A stretch of DNA of 64,000 nucleotides from the IMG/VR virus record IMGVR_UViG_3300028591_000139, positions 1-64,000 of that record; one strand, 5' to 3'. The stretch is from a virus (Duplodnaviria > Caudoviricetes). Under the pieces are notes generated by a model that had not been told where the DNA came from, did not search any database, and saw only the letters and a list, made by a program, of their open reading frames with translations. The translations under genes were made by a program, and so were the position numbers. How positions within the stretch are numbered: position 1 is the first letter of the stretch; the number at the start of each line of letters is the position of its first letter. Below are positions 49,299-57,566 of the stretch, one piece after another.

Positions 49299-50258
49299 AT
49301 GCCAAAGAAATTAACAACGGAAGAATTTATAAAAAGAGCAAAACTGCTTCATAATAATAAATATGACTATTCAAAATCTGAATATAATACAGCAAAAGAA
49401 AAAATTTGCATAATATGTCCGGAGCACGGTGAATTCTGGCAAACTCCAACCGACCATTTAAGTGGAAGGGGATGTTATAAGTGTGGAATAGAAAGGACAA
49501 AAGAATCACAAAAATTCACTACAGAACAGTTTATAGAAAAAGCTAAACAAACCCATGGTGACAAATATAATTATTCAAAAGTTAATTATGTTAACTCACA
49601 AACACCAGTAATTATTACATGTCCAAAACATGGAGATTTTATTATGCGTCCAAACGACCACATTCAAGGCCAAGGTTGCCCAAAGTGCAAGTTAATATTT
49701 CTAAGGAATAAATTCTCTCTCACAACTGAACAATTTATTAAAAAAGCAAGAGAAATACATGGTAATAAATATGTTTATTCTAAAGTAAAATACGTGAATA
49801 ATAGGACAAAAGTTTGTATTATATGCCCAAAACATGGTGAATTTTGGCAAACTCCGGACAAACATTTGCAAGGGTGTAATTGTCCCAAATGCAATAAAAG
49901 CAGATTAGAAGAAAAAGTTAGCCTTATTTTATCAAAAAATAACATTGACTTTGAAGAGCAAAAGCATTTTGAATGGCTTGGTAGACAAAGTTTAGATTTT
50001 TTTCTTCCAAAGTTTAGTATAGGAATTGAATGTCAAGGAGTAGAACACTTTAAACCTGTGGAAAGATTTAAAGGAAGCGGAGGCTTTGAAAATACCAATG
50101 AAAGGGATGTATTAAAATATAGGCTTTGCGGTAACAATAAAGTCAAATTACTTTATTATACAAATCTTAAAGAATATAACACATTTCTCAATGAATCTTT
50201 AATTAAAAATGAAGATGATTTAATCAAAGTAATCACAGAAAATAATAAAAATATATAG
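49299..50258 (+). CDS. Free-standing endonuclease, 3 zinc-ribbon repeats plus nuclease domain
   Basis: CP(E/K)HG x3; LDFFLPKFSIGIECQGVEHF. Confidence 0.8.
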   Translation: MPKKLTTEEFIKRAKLLHNNKYDYSKSEYNTAKEKICIICPEHGEFWQTPTDHLSGRGCYKCGIERTKESQKFTTEQFIEKAKQTHGDKYNYSKVNYVNSQTPVIITCPKHGDFIMRPNDHIQGQGCPKCKLIFLRNKFSLTTEQFIKKAREIHGNKYVYSKVKYVNNRTKVCIICPKHGEFWQTPDKHLQGCNCPKCNKSRLEEKVSLILSKNNIDFEEQKHFEWLGRQSLDFFLPKFSIGIECQGVEHFKPVERFKGSGGFENTNERDVLKYRLCGNNKVKLLYYTNLKEYNTFLNESLIKNEDDLIKVITENNKNI

Positions 50259-50299
50259 AATATAAATTGAAAAATAAATAATTATAAAAAAAAATAGAT

Positions 50300-50620
50300 A
50301 TGGATGATTTACATTTAAACAAATACAGAATTAAAGAAATTGTTTACGAATTAAACGAGCATAAAACGGCAATTTTTAAGTTTAATAATTTTTGTCTGAA
50401 TGACGTGGAAGTTATCGATAAACTTCAAAAACCAAAAGAATTACATGAATATGAGCCGACGTCTTGTTTGCGAACAGAAGAAGGAATGCAAGAAACACTA
50501 AATGCCTCAAGAAAAAAAGAATGGAAAGAAGGCTTTTTGAAAAATAAACTCAAAAACACGCTAAACAGTCCTGATGAAGTAAAAAAAGAAAATGAAAATA
50601 AATCAGAAGAATTAGATTAA
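50300..50620 (+). CDS. Hypothetical protein
   Basis: 106-aa ORF in the operon. Confidence 0.5.
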   Translation: MDDLHLNKYRIKEIVYELNEHKTAIFKFNNFCLNDVEVIDKLQKPKELHEYEPTSCLRTEEGMQETLNASRKKEWKEGFLKNKLKNTLNSPDEVKKENENKSEELD

Positions 50621-50640
50621 AATTTTAAATATTATTAAAA

Positions 50641-51045
50641 ATGAATAGTGAGTCAAAAAACCTATCCCTCTGTTTTGTCAACCTTGTTGGAGAAGAAAAC
50701 GATGGAAATTACAGATATGAATTTATGTTCACAGACAACCCAGATGAAGTTTTCGGAGAGAATTGGGAGTATATGCCTGCGGGGATGGTTAATAATTTAA
50801 TGCCATCGGAAGAATATATAACGGAAATACACGTTGTTAAAACAAAAATTAAACTAGACCTAATACAAAATAATAATTGTTTTTCAATGCAAGACGCTCT
50901 TGACGGCTGCGTTGGTATCGCATATGAGAATATTTCATTTTATGATGACTATCCTGAAGACGGAAGGTTAATTTTTATGTTTGGGGAGTCATTTGATGAT
51001 ATTGAAAGAAAGCTTGCAATGAAAAATATATTATTTGAAAAATAA
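50641..51045 (+). CDS. Hypothetical protein
   Basis: 134-aa acidic ORF followed by a terminator. Confidence 0.6.
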   Translation: MNSESKNLSLCFVNLVGEENDGNYRYEFMFTDNPDEVFGENWEYMPAGMVNNLMPSEEYITEIHVVKTKIKLDLIQNNNCFSMQDALDGCVGIAYENISFYDDYPEDGRLIFMFGESFDDIERKLAMKNILFEK

Positions 51046-51046
51046 A

Positions 51047-51082
51047 AAATAGAGCAATCATAATAGTGGTTGCTCTTTCTTT
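51047..51082. terminator. Bidirectional terminator
   Basis: AGAGCAATCA/TGGTTGCTCT stem flanked by A and T runs. Confidence 0.65.
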
Positions 51083-51172
51083 ATGCCACGTTATTACGTG
51101 CGTACCAAGCATAGTACAGTTCATCAGTTCAAAATAGGACGTTACTGCCAACAGATATATCGTTACTTTTTT

Positions 51173-51559
51173 TTATTTTAACTCTCTTATTGTTATCATA
51201 AGTTGCTCCCTAATTGGAACAATCAAATTTCCACTTGGGTAAGTATATTCATCATTTTTTATCTCCCCAAATTCAATATCGAAATAACCAATATAATTGC
51301 CAGCCTCATTAACATCACGTTTTCTCCAATCATAGCAGATAACGTACTCTTCTACGCAGCCGCCCGTTTCCTTTTTCTTAATATAAGCAGGAGCTTTTGC
51401 AATCTTTGTCACACCACTCTCCCTATTAATCATGGTAAAAGTAATGGAACAGTTTTGCAAAGCCTCGAAAGCCTTTCTATAGTCGTGCCTTCCGTCATTT
51501 ATTAACTCAAGCCGTATGGACGGATTCAATGAGTTTTGATTCAAATACCACTCTTGCAT
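51173..51559 (-). CDS. BppU N-terminal-like (baseplate upper protein) domain protein
   Basis: YLNQNSLNPSIRLEL, ITFTM, YDW..RDVNEAGNYIGYFDI pattern. Confidence 0.5.
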   Translation of the reverse strand: MQEWYLNQNSLNPSIRLELINDGRHDYRKAFEALQNCSITFTMINRESGVTKIAKAPAYIKKKETGGCVEEYVICYDWRKRDVNEAGNYIGYFDIEFGEIKNDEYTYPSGNLIVPIREQLMITIRELK

Positions 51560-51608
51560 TTATTTAAAGTTTTTTTAATAAATATTTTATTTTTTATAAA
51601 TATTTTTG

Positions 51609-51616
51609 TATATTTG
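51609..51616 (+). promoter_or_regulatory. Bacteroidota-type -7 promoter box upstream of the polymerase
   Basis: TTTTGTATATTTGC. Confidence 0.6.
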
Positions 51617-51683
51617 CAAATGAATTGATGTTTTTTAAAAGTAAAAACTTAAAATTCTAACTAAATTTAAAAAAATTTTTAAT

Positions 51684-54143
51684 ATGGCAAAAGAAATTAC
51701 AACAGAAATGGTAAACACATTCCTTAGTGGGCACGACCCAATGGAACATATTGTTTCAATTGAATGTGATTATATGGATAGTATGGCAAATATTATCTAT
51801 AATAATGAAAACGGAGAAAAAAGAGTTAAAAGAGAGCCATTTAAACCATTTATATGGGTCAAAAATAGCGCGTGCATAAGAATGTTTGGTGGCAATAGAA
51901 GCTTGTTAATCAGAAAATTAAGGGAATATAATATAAACGTCAAAAAATTAACAGACAAAAGAGAAGACGGCACTAAAATAGAAAGACTTGAAAACGGATA
52001 TAAATATCTGTTCTACGCCACTAAAAATATGCCATATTCAAGATTCCTAAACTTCTTTACAGAAGCAGGAACACCAATATATGATAAAAATGCGGCAACA
52101 GAAAGAGGAGGCGGCTCAAAAGAATTTATGGCAATTACACCAATTGAACAATTTATGATTCAAACTGGAAAAAGACTGTTCAAAGGATATGAAAACTATG
52201 ACGATTTAAAGAGATTCTTGTTCGACCTTGAAACACAAGGGCTTAACCCAAGAATACACGCCATAGACCAAATTGGTATGAGAACCAATAAAGGTTTTGA
52301 GAAAATTATTACAATAACAGGCGAAGGGGAAGAGAGAAATAAAAATGAATTAGAGGCAATTGACGAATTCCTAAAAACAATATATGAAGAAAAACCCGAT
52401 ATTATAGCAGGACATAACTCAGAAAACTTCGATTGGGACTTCATAATCATCAGATGCGAAGTGTTGGGCACAACACTACAAGAAATGTCATCAAAATACT
52501 TCAAACACCCAATATATAAAAAGAAAAAAAACGCAGTGCTAAAACTCGGAGGAGAAATGGAATATTATAAACCAACTATGGCTTGGGGCTTTAGCGTGTT
52601 AGACTCACTACATGCAGTCAGAAGAGCACAAGCACTTGACTCCAATATGAAATCTGCGTCACTTAAATATACGACAAAATATCTCAACCTTAAAAAACCA
52701 AATCGAGTATATGTTCCAGGAGGAATAATTACAAAAGTATGGAACGTCACAGAAAAAAAATATGCCTTTAGAAATACAGACGGAGATTGGTATGAAATAA
52801 AAGACGATAGAAAACTACTAGACGGCTATGAATTAACAAGTGGAAGATACATAGTAGAAAGATACTTGTTGGACGACCTTTGGGAAACTGATAAAGTAGA
52901 ACTTACACTAAATGAGTCTAACTTCCTCGTGGCAAAATTACTCCCAACGTCATTTACAAGAGCGTGCACAATGGGAACAGCAGGAATTTGGAAATTAATT
53001 ATGCTTGCTTGGAGCTATGAAAATAATCTTGCAGTACCGGCAACAAGCGAAAACGCTCGCTTTACAGGAGGCCTATCACGATTATTAAAAGTGGGATATG
53101 TCGATAGAATCGTAAAATTAGACTACAACTCACTTTATCCATCAATAGACTTAACGTGGTGGGTTAGCACGGGATTAGACATAGATAATATTATGCTCCA
53201 TCTTCTCGAACATATATTAACAAACCGAGAAAAATATAAAAAAATAAAAGAAGAATACGGAGAAAAAGCAAATAAACTAAAAGATAAATTAAATTCAACC
53301 GATTTAACAGAAGAAGAAAAAACAAATATAAAAAACGAAATTGCACGCTGTAAATCAATCAAATCAGCGAATGATAAGAAACAACTACCTTTAAAGATTT
53401 TGGCCAATAGCTTTTTCGGGTCATACGGGTGTCCACAAGTGTTTCCGTTTGGCGATTTGGAAGCTGCTGAGAAAACAACTTGTATTGGAAGACAGAGTTT
53501 ACGTTTAATGATTTCTCATTTTTCGACATTAAGCGAAAAGTTTGGCATTAATAATTCTGACTATAATTACACTCCTGTTGTGGGCGACTCGTTCACAGGT
53601 GATACACCATTATTTATAAAGTACGATGAAAACGGGTTAATTGATATAAAGCCAGTTGAGGAGTTAATTGGCGAAACGGAAGTTGATGCGTTGGGCCGTG
53701 AATATGATACGTCCCAGAAGCCATTTAAAGTGCTCTGTAGAAGCGGTTGGATGCATCCTGAGTATATTTACCGTCACAAGACAGAAAAGCCGTTGTACGA
53801 ACTTTCTGATGGCAATATGAACGTTGTGGTAACAGAGGACCACAGTTTGTTTAATAACAGACAGGAAAAAATCAAGCCAAGCGAAATAAATGCCGAAACA
53901 AAATTGGAATATTACAATGAAAAGCTTGACCACAGTTATACTGACCCAAGTATTAAGCAAATAATAACGATAGCCAAGATGGTGAAGAACGGCACGTTTG
54001 ATAGAATACCGATTAGCATTCTTAACTTAGACAAAAAACAAAGAATACAGGTGTTTTTAGATGTTCTTGGAGATGTGGACTACTCAAAAATTAGCAAAAC
54101 TTGTGCAGCTGGAATATTATTTTTAAAAAAGCAAATTATTTAA
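51684..54143 (+). CDS. polB: Family B DNA polymerase N-terminal part (aa 1-635) fused to the split intein N-half
   Basis: ExoI FDLET, ExoII GHNSENFDW, ExoIII YLLDD, motif A LDYNSLYPS, motif B KILANSFFG; ends VVGD, then intein. Confidence 0.95.
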   Translation: MAKEITTEMVNTFLSGHDPMEHIVSIECDYMDSMANIIYNNENGEKRVKREPFKPFIWVKNSACIRMFGGNRSLLIRKLREYNINVKKLTDKREDGTKIERLENGYKYLFYATKNMPYSRFLNFFTEAGTPIYDKNAATERGGGSKEFMAITPIEQFMIQTGKRLFKGYENYDDLKRFLFDLETQGLNPRIHAIDQIGMRTNKGFEKIITITGEGEERNKNELEAIDEFLKTIYEEKPDIIAGHNSENFDWDFIIIRCEVLGTTLQEMSSKYFKHPIYKKKKNAVLKLGGEMEYYKPTMAWGFSVLDSLHAVRRAQALDSNMKSASLKYTTKYLNLKKPNRVYVPGGIITKVWNVTEKKYAFRNTDGDWYEIKDDRKLLDGYELTSGRYIVERYLLDDLWETDKVELTLNESNFLVAKLLPTSFTRACTMGTAGIWKLIMLAWSYENNLAVPATSENARFTGGLSRLLKVGYVDRIVKLDYNSLYPSIDLTWWVSTGLDIDNIMLHLLEHILTNREKYKKIKEEYGEKANKLKDKLNSTDLTEEEKTNIKNEIARCKSIKSANDKKQLPLKILANSFFGSYGCPQVFPFGDLEAAEKTTCIGRQSLRLMISHFSTLSEKFGINNSDYNYTPVVGDSFTGDTPLFIKYDENGLIDIKPVEELIGETEVDALGREYDTSQKPFKVLCRSGWMHPEYIYRHKTEKPLYELSDGNMNVVVTEDHSLFNNRQEKIKPSEINAETKLEYYNEKLDHSYTDPSIKQIITIAKMVKNGTFDRIPISILNLDKKQRIQVFLDVLGDVDYSKISKTCAAGILFLKKQII
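53589..54140 (+). other. Split intein N-fragment (IntN, 184 aa)
   Basis: Block A SFTGDTPLFIK..IKPVEEL immediately after VGD; block B VVTEDHSLF (TxxH). Confidence 0.9.
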
Positions 54144-54190
54144 GTAATTTTTATTGGAGTATCAGATATTTATTCTAAAGGCGGTATAAT

Positions 54191-55906
54191 ATGGGAAGAT
54201 TTAATGAAGAAAAATTTATAAAAGAATTTAATGAAATTCATAATAATGAATATGAATATTTAAGTTATGAAAATGGGCTGGTGAAATTTTTATGTAAAAA
54301 GCATAATGAAATAAATTATGACACGCCATCGCATTTAAGGGACCCAAAAAGGGGGTGTAAGATTTGCGGAAAAGAAAGACAATCACTTTTTAATAAAAAT
54401 TCAAATAAATTAGCGAAAGAAACTTTTATTGAAAAAGCCAAAAAAATACATGGCGATAAATATGATTATTCTAAAACAGTATATGTAAAAAATAGTATTA
54501 AGGTTATTGTAACATGCCCAACTCATGGGGATTTTACAATAACCCCTAATTCCCATTTAAATGGAGAGGGGTGTTATCGGTGCGGATTAGAGCATTCGCA
54601 TGAAAAATTTAGAAAAACAAAAGAGCAATTCATTGAAGAAGCAAAAAAAATTCATGGGGATAAGTACGATTATTCAAAGGTAGAATATGTTAATACAAAT
54701 CAAAAAGTATGCATAATATGCCCAGAGCATGGAGAATTTTGGCAAGTTCCTTTTAAGCATCTAATGGGTCAAGGATGTCGAAAATGCGGCATAAAAAAAC
54801 GTTCGGCGCAACAAATGCTCACAACAGAACAATTTATTGAAAAGGCGAGACAAGTTCACGGGGACAAATATGACTATTCCAAAGTTGTTTATAATGGATA
54901 TGACAATGAAGTCATTATAACGTGCCCTAAGCATGGAGATTTTAAACAAATACCAGATTCTCATATTCATGGAAGTGGCTGTCAAAAATGCTCTAGTAGC
55001 ATTTCTAAATATGAAAGCGAAATATATGAATTTATATGTAATTTAATTGGTAAAGATAATGTAATACAAAGAGAAAGAAATATACTAAAAAATAAAGCAG
55101 AACTTGACATTTTTATACCATCAAAAAATATAGCAATAGAATATAATGGCTGTAGATGGCACTCTGAACAATTTAATAAAGATAAGAACTACCATTTAAG
55201 TAAAACTCTTCAATGTAGAGAAAATGGTATAAAGCTAATACAAATATTTGAAGATGAATATATAGACAAAAAAGAAATAGTCTTATCTAAATTAAAACAT
55301 TTATTGAATATAGATGACGGCGAAAAAATACAAGCTAGAAAATGTTTAATTTATGAAATTTCTTACTATGAAGCAAAAAAATTTTTAGAAAAAAATCATA
55401 TACAAGGTAAATGTAAATCAACTATATATTTGGGGGCATATTACGAAAAAAACATAGTAGGAGTAATGGCGCTCACAAAACTAAATGATGATAACGAGTG
55501 GGAATTAAATAGATTTGCCACCAAAATAAATACTATTAGCCAAGGCATAGGTAGTAAAATGTTCTCATTCTTTATTGAAAAATATAAACCAGAAACTGTA
55601 AAATCTTTTGCCGATAGAAGATGGACTATTAATGAAAATGAAAATCTATATACAAAATTAGGTTTCAGGTTAAAAAGCATTTTACAGCCAGATTACAAAT
55701 ATATTATAGATGGCACATATAATAGAGTGCATAAATTTAATTTTAGAAAATCTATTTTATCAAAAAAATATAATTTACCAATGTCTTTAACAGAAAGAGA
55801 AATGTGTGAGAAAATAAAAGCATATAAAATATGGGACTGCGGCTTGCTAAAATATATTTGGAAAAAATCTAAAATCAAAATAATTGATAAAGAAATTATA
55901 ATTTAG
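54191..55906 (+). CDS. Free-standing endonuclease (4 zinc-ribbon repeats plus nuclease) with C-terminal GNAT/Mom-like domain (Hef-like architecture)
   Basis: Repeats; LDIFIPSKNIAIEYNGCRWH; then NHIQG, WELNRFA, GIGSKMF, KSFADRRW, LYTKLGF, IWDCG. Confidence 0.75.
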   Translation: MGRFNEEKFIKEFNEIHNNEYEYLSYENGLVKFLCKKHNEINYDTPSHLRDPKRGCKICGKERQSLFNKNSNKLAKETFIEKAKKIHGDKYDYSKTVYVKNSIKVIVTCPTHGDFTITPNSHLNGEGCYRCGLEHSHEKFRKTKEQFIEEAKKIHGDKYDYSKVEYVNTNQKVCIICPEHGEFWQVPFKHLMGQGCRKCGIKKRSAQQMLTTEQFIEKARQVHGDKYDYSKVVYNGYDNEVIITCPKHGDFKQIPDSHIHGSGCQKCSSSISKYESEIYEFICNLIGKDNVIQRERNILKNKAELDIFIPSKNIAIEYNGCRWHSEQFNKDKNYHLSKTLQCRENGIKLIQIFEDEYIDKKEIVLSKLKHLLNIDDGEKIQARKCLIYEISYYEAKKFLEKNHIQGKCKSTIYLGAYYEKNIVGVMALTKLNDDNEWELNRFATKINTISQGIGSKMFSFFIEKYKPETVKSFADRRWTINENENLYTKLGFRLKSILQPDYKYIIDGTYNRVHKFNFRKSILSKKYNLPMSLTEREMCEKIKAYKIWDCGLLKYIWKKSKIKIIDKEIII

Positions 55907-55971
55907 GTATAGAATACCCATATCAAGTTTTTGAGAATAAAGAAGAACTTTTAAAAGAAATACTAAAATGA
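55891..55971 (+). pseudogene. Fossil C-terminus of a previous endonuclease gene
   Basis: Reads RNYNLGIEYPYQVFENKEELLKEILK*; its TGA overlaps the ATG at 55968 (ATGA); resembles the C-termini of the window's other endonucleases. Confidence 0.55.
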
Positions 55972-56069
55972 TTGAAACAAAAAACATAGGAAACACAAGT
56001 GATTACGTGTATGATATATCTTTGGACGGCACAGTTATTAACGCTTTGGGAATGAATGTAATGTCAAAT
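55968..56069 (+). other. Split intein C-fragment (IntC, 34 aa)
   Basis: Block F DYVYDISLD, block G ...VMSN, followed by Thr(+1) of TDG. Confidence 0.9.
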
Positions 56070-57521
56070 ACCGATGGTTTCAACTTCCAAATGCCAAAAA
56101 AATTCAGGTATACTGATGAAAATCCATATGTTGGAAAGGGCCTTGGAAGAAATGTTGAAAAGGGAAAGACGTATACAAAAGTGGAAGCAGACGTTGCAGA
56201 ATTTGAAGACTTATATTTTAATTCGCCGTATAACGGAGGCATTAATAAAATGGGTTTGGGAATAGATGAGTATTGTGACGCTTGTATACAGTTCGCAAGA
56301 AAAAATTACGCGGACCTTATGCCGGATGGTTCTACAAAAAAAGTTGGAAATACCATTAAATCAAGAAAGATGTCGGGTTATTTGGAGAAGTTTATTGATG
56401 ATGGAATAAATTTATTGCTTCACGGTAATGGTTCAAAATTTTTGGAAAATTATTATGATTATATTTCAAGGATTTACAATTATCAAATTCCGATAAAGGA
56501 TATTGCTTCAAAGGGTAAGATTAAGAAGACTATTGATGAGTACAAGACTGACTGTAACACTTTAACGAAGGCAGGTAATAAGAAGTCTCGTCAGGCGTGG
56601 TATGAGTTGGTTATCAGGGAGAATTTAAATGTAAATGTGAGTGACACCATTTATTACATAAATACGGGAACGAAGAAGGGTCATTCTGACGTTAAGAAAG
56701 TTACGCATCAATTTATAAAGGATGAGAATGGCGATATTATTGAGTTGACCAACAAATTAAAGACCGAGTTATTTAAGAAAGAGTTGGAGAATTATGGCGT
56801 TGAGAATGTTAAGGGGTTATCTTCTGATAATAAGAAGGAGATAATAAAGAAATATGTTATTCGTGAGGAGGATGAGATTATTCTTAATTGTCAAATTGTC
56901 CCTGCTGAAATAATGGAAGATGAGAAGGATATTTTATGCAGCGATATTGATGGTTTGGAATATAATTCCGAAAAATATATTGAGCAGTTTAATAACAGGA
57001 TAAAGCCATTATTGGTTTGTTTTTCTCCAAATATAAGAAATGAGATATTAATTTCAAATCCGGAGAATAGAAAATATTTTACCGAAGAGGAGGCAAAATT
57101 GGTTGCTGGTTATCCCAACAAAGAGTCTGACCAAGACACTTATGAAGCTTTAATGACTCCCGAGAAGAAGGAGATTGCTTATTGGTTAAAGATTAATGAA
57201 ACACCGCCATTTATTAAGGAGTGCAACATAGATTGGGATAATTTGGTTAAAGATTACATTAAGGAAAAGGAGGAAAATGATAATGAATTATTTAAGGTTG
57301 AAAATGAAAAATATTTGGAGGCTTTAAATAATTTAACTGATAAAGATGTTGAAGCGTTTGAAGAAGATGGTGTTTTACCTCAAACAATATTAGATGTTGT
57401 AACATTAGATAGTGATATGCATTTTTATTTCAATAAAATACCTTCCGTAGTTCCATCAACTGGCGGCTTTGTATTTGATGACATATCTTATGACTATATT
57501 GATAAAAATGGAGATGAATAA
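55968..57521 (+). CDS. polB: Split intein C-half fused to family B DNA polymerase C-terminal part
   Basis: After the intein: TDG (rest of motif C), ARKNYA, KKVGNTIKS, IYYIN, KYIEQF palm/thumb motifs. Confidence 0.92.
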   Translation: MIETKNIGNTSDYVYDISLDGTVINALGMNVMSNTDGFNFQMPKKFRYTDENPYVGKGLGRNVEKGKTYTKVEADVAEFEDLYFNSPYNGGINKMGLGIDEYCDACIQFARKNYADLMPDGSTKKVGNTIKSRKMSGYLEKFIDDGINLLLHGNGSKFLENYYDYISRIYNYQIPIKDIASKGKIKKTIDEYKTDCNTLTKAGNKKSRQAWYELVIRENLNVNVSDTIYYINTGTKKGHSDVKKVTHQFIKDENGDIIELTNKLKTELFKKELENYGVENVKGLSSDNKKEIIKKYVIREEDEIILNCQIVPAEIMEDEKDILCSDIDGLEYNSEKYIEQFNNRIKPLLVCFSPNIRNEILISNPENRKYFTEEEAKLVAGYPNKESDQDTYEALMTPEKKEIAYWLKINETPPFIKECNIDWDNLVKDYIKEKEENDNELFKVENEKYLEALNNLTDKDVEAFEEDGVLPQTILDVVTLDSDMHFYFNKIPSVVPSTGGFVFDDISYDYIDKNGDE

Positions 57522-57526
57522 TTAAA

Positions 57527-57558
57527 AAAAGGTTGAGATTTTTTTATCCCAACCTTTT
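57527..57558. terminator. Bidirectional terminator
   Basis: AAAAGGTTGAGAT/ATCCCAACCTTTT between convergent genes. Confidence 0.65.
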
Positions 57559-57566
57559 AATTTATT

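Noticed and set aside
51047-51135. Hammerhead ribozyme on the minus strand (CTGATGA ... GAAA-stem-TA)
   Set aside because: Stem II cannot close (A opposite A) and stem I has at most 3 weak pairs; the apparent stem III is the terminator hairpin.
55664-55677. 14-nt match (TTCAGGTTAAAAAG) to the predicted TnpB guide
   Set aside because: The TAM-proximal seed mismatches and there is no adjacent TTTAT; plausibly chance in AT-rich DNA.
54144-55967. Group I intron carrying the endonuclease and restoring a contiguous polB/intein by RNA splicing
   Set aside because: Only 47 and 61 nt of AT-rich spacer flank the nuclease ORF and I see no intron core. IntN has its own stop and IntC its own ATG.
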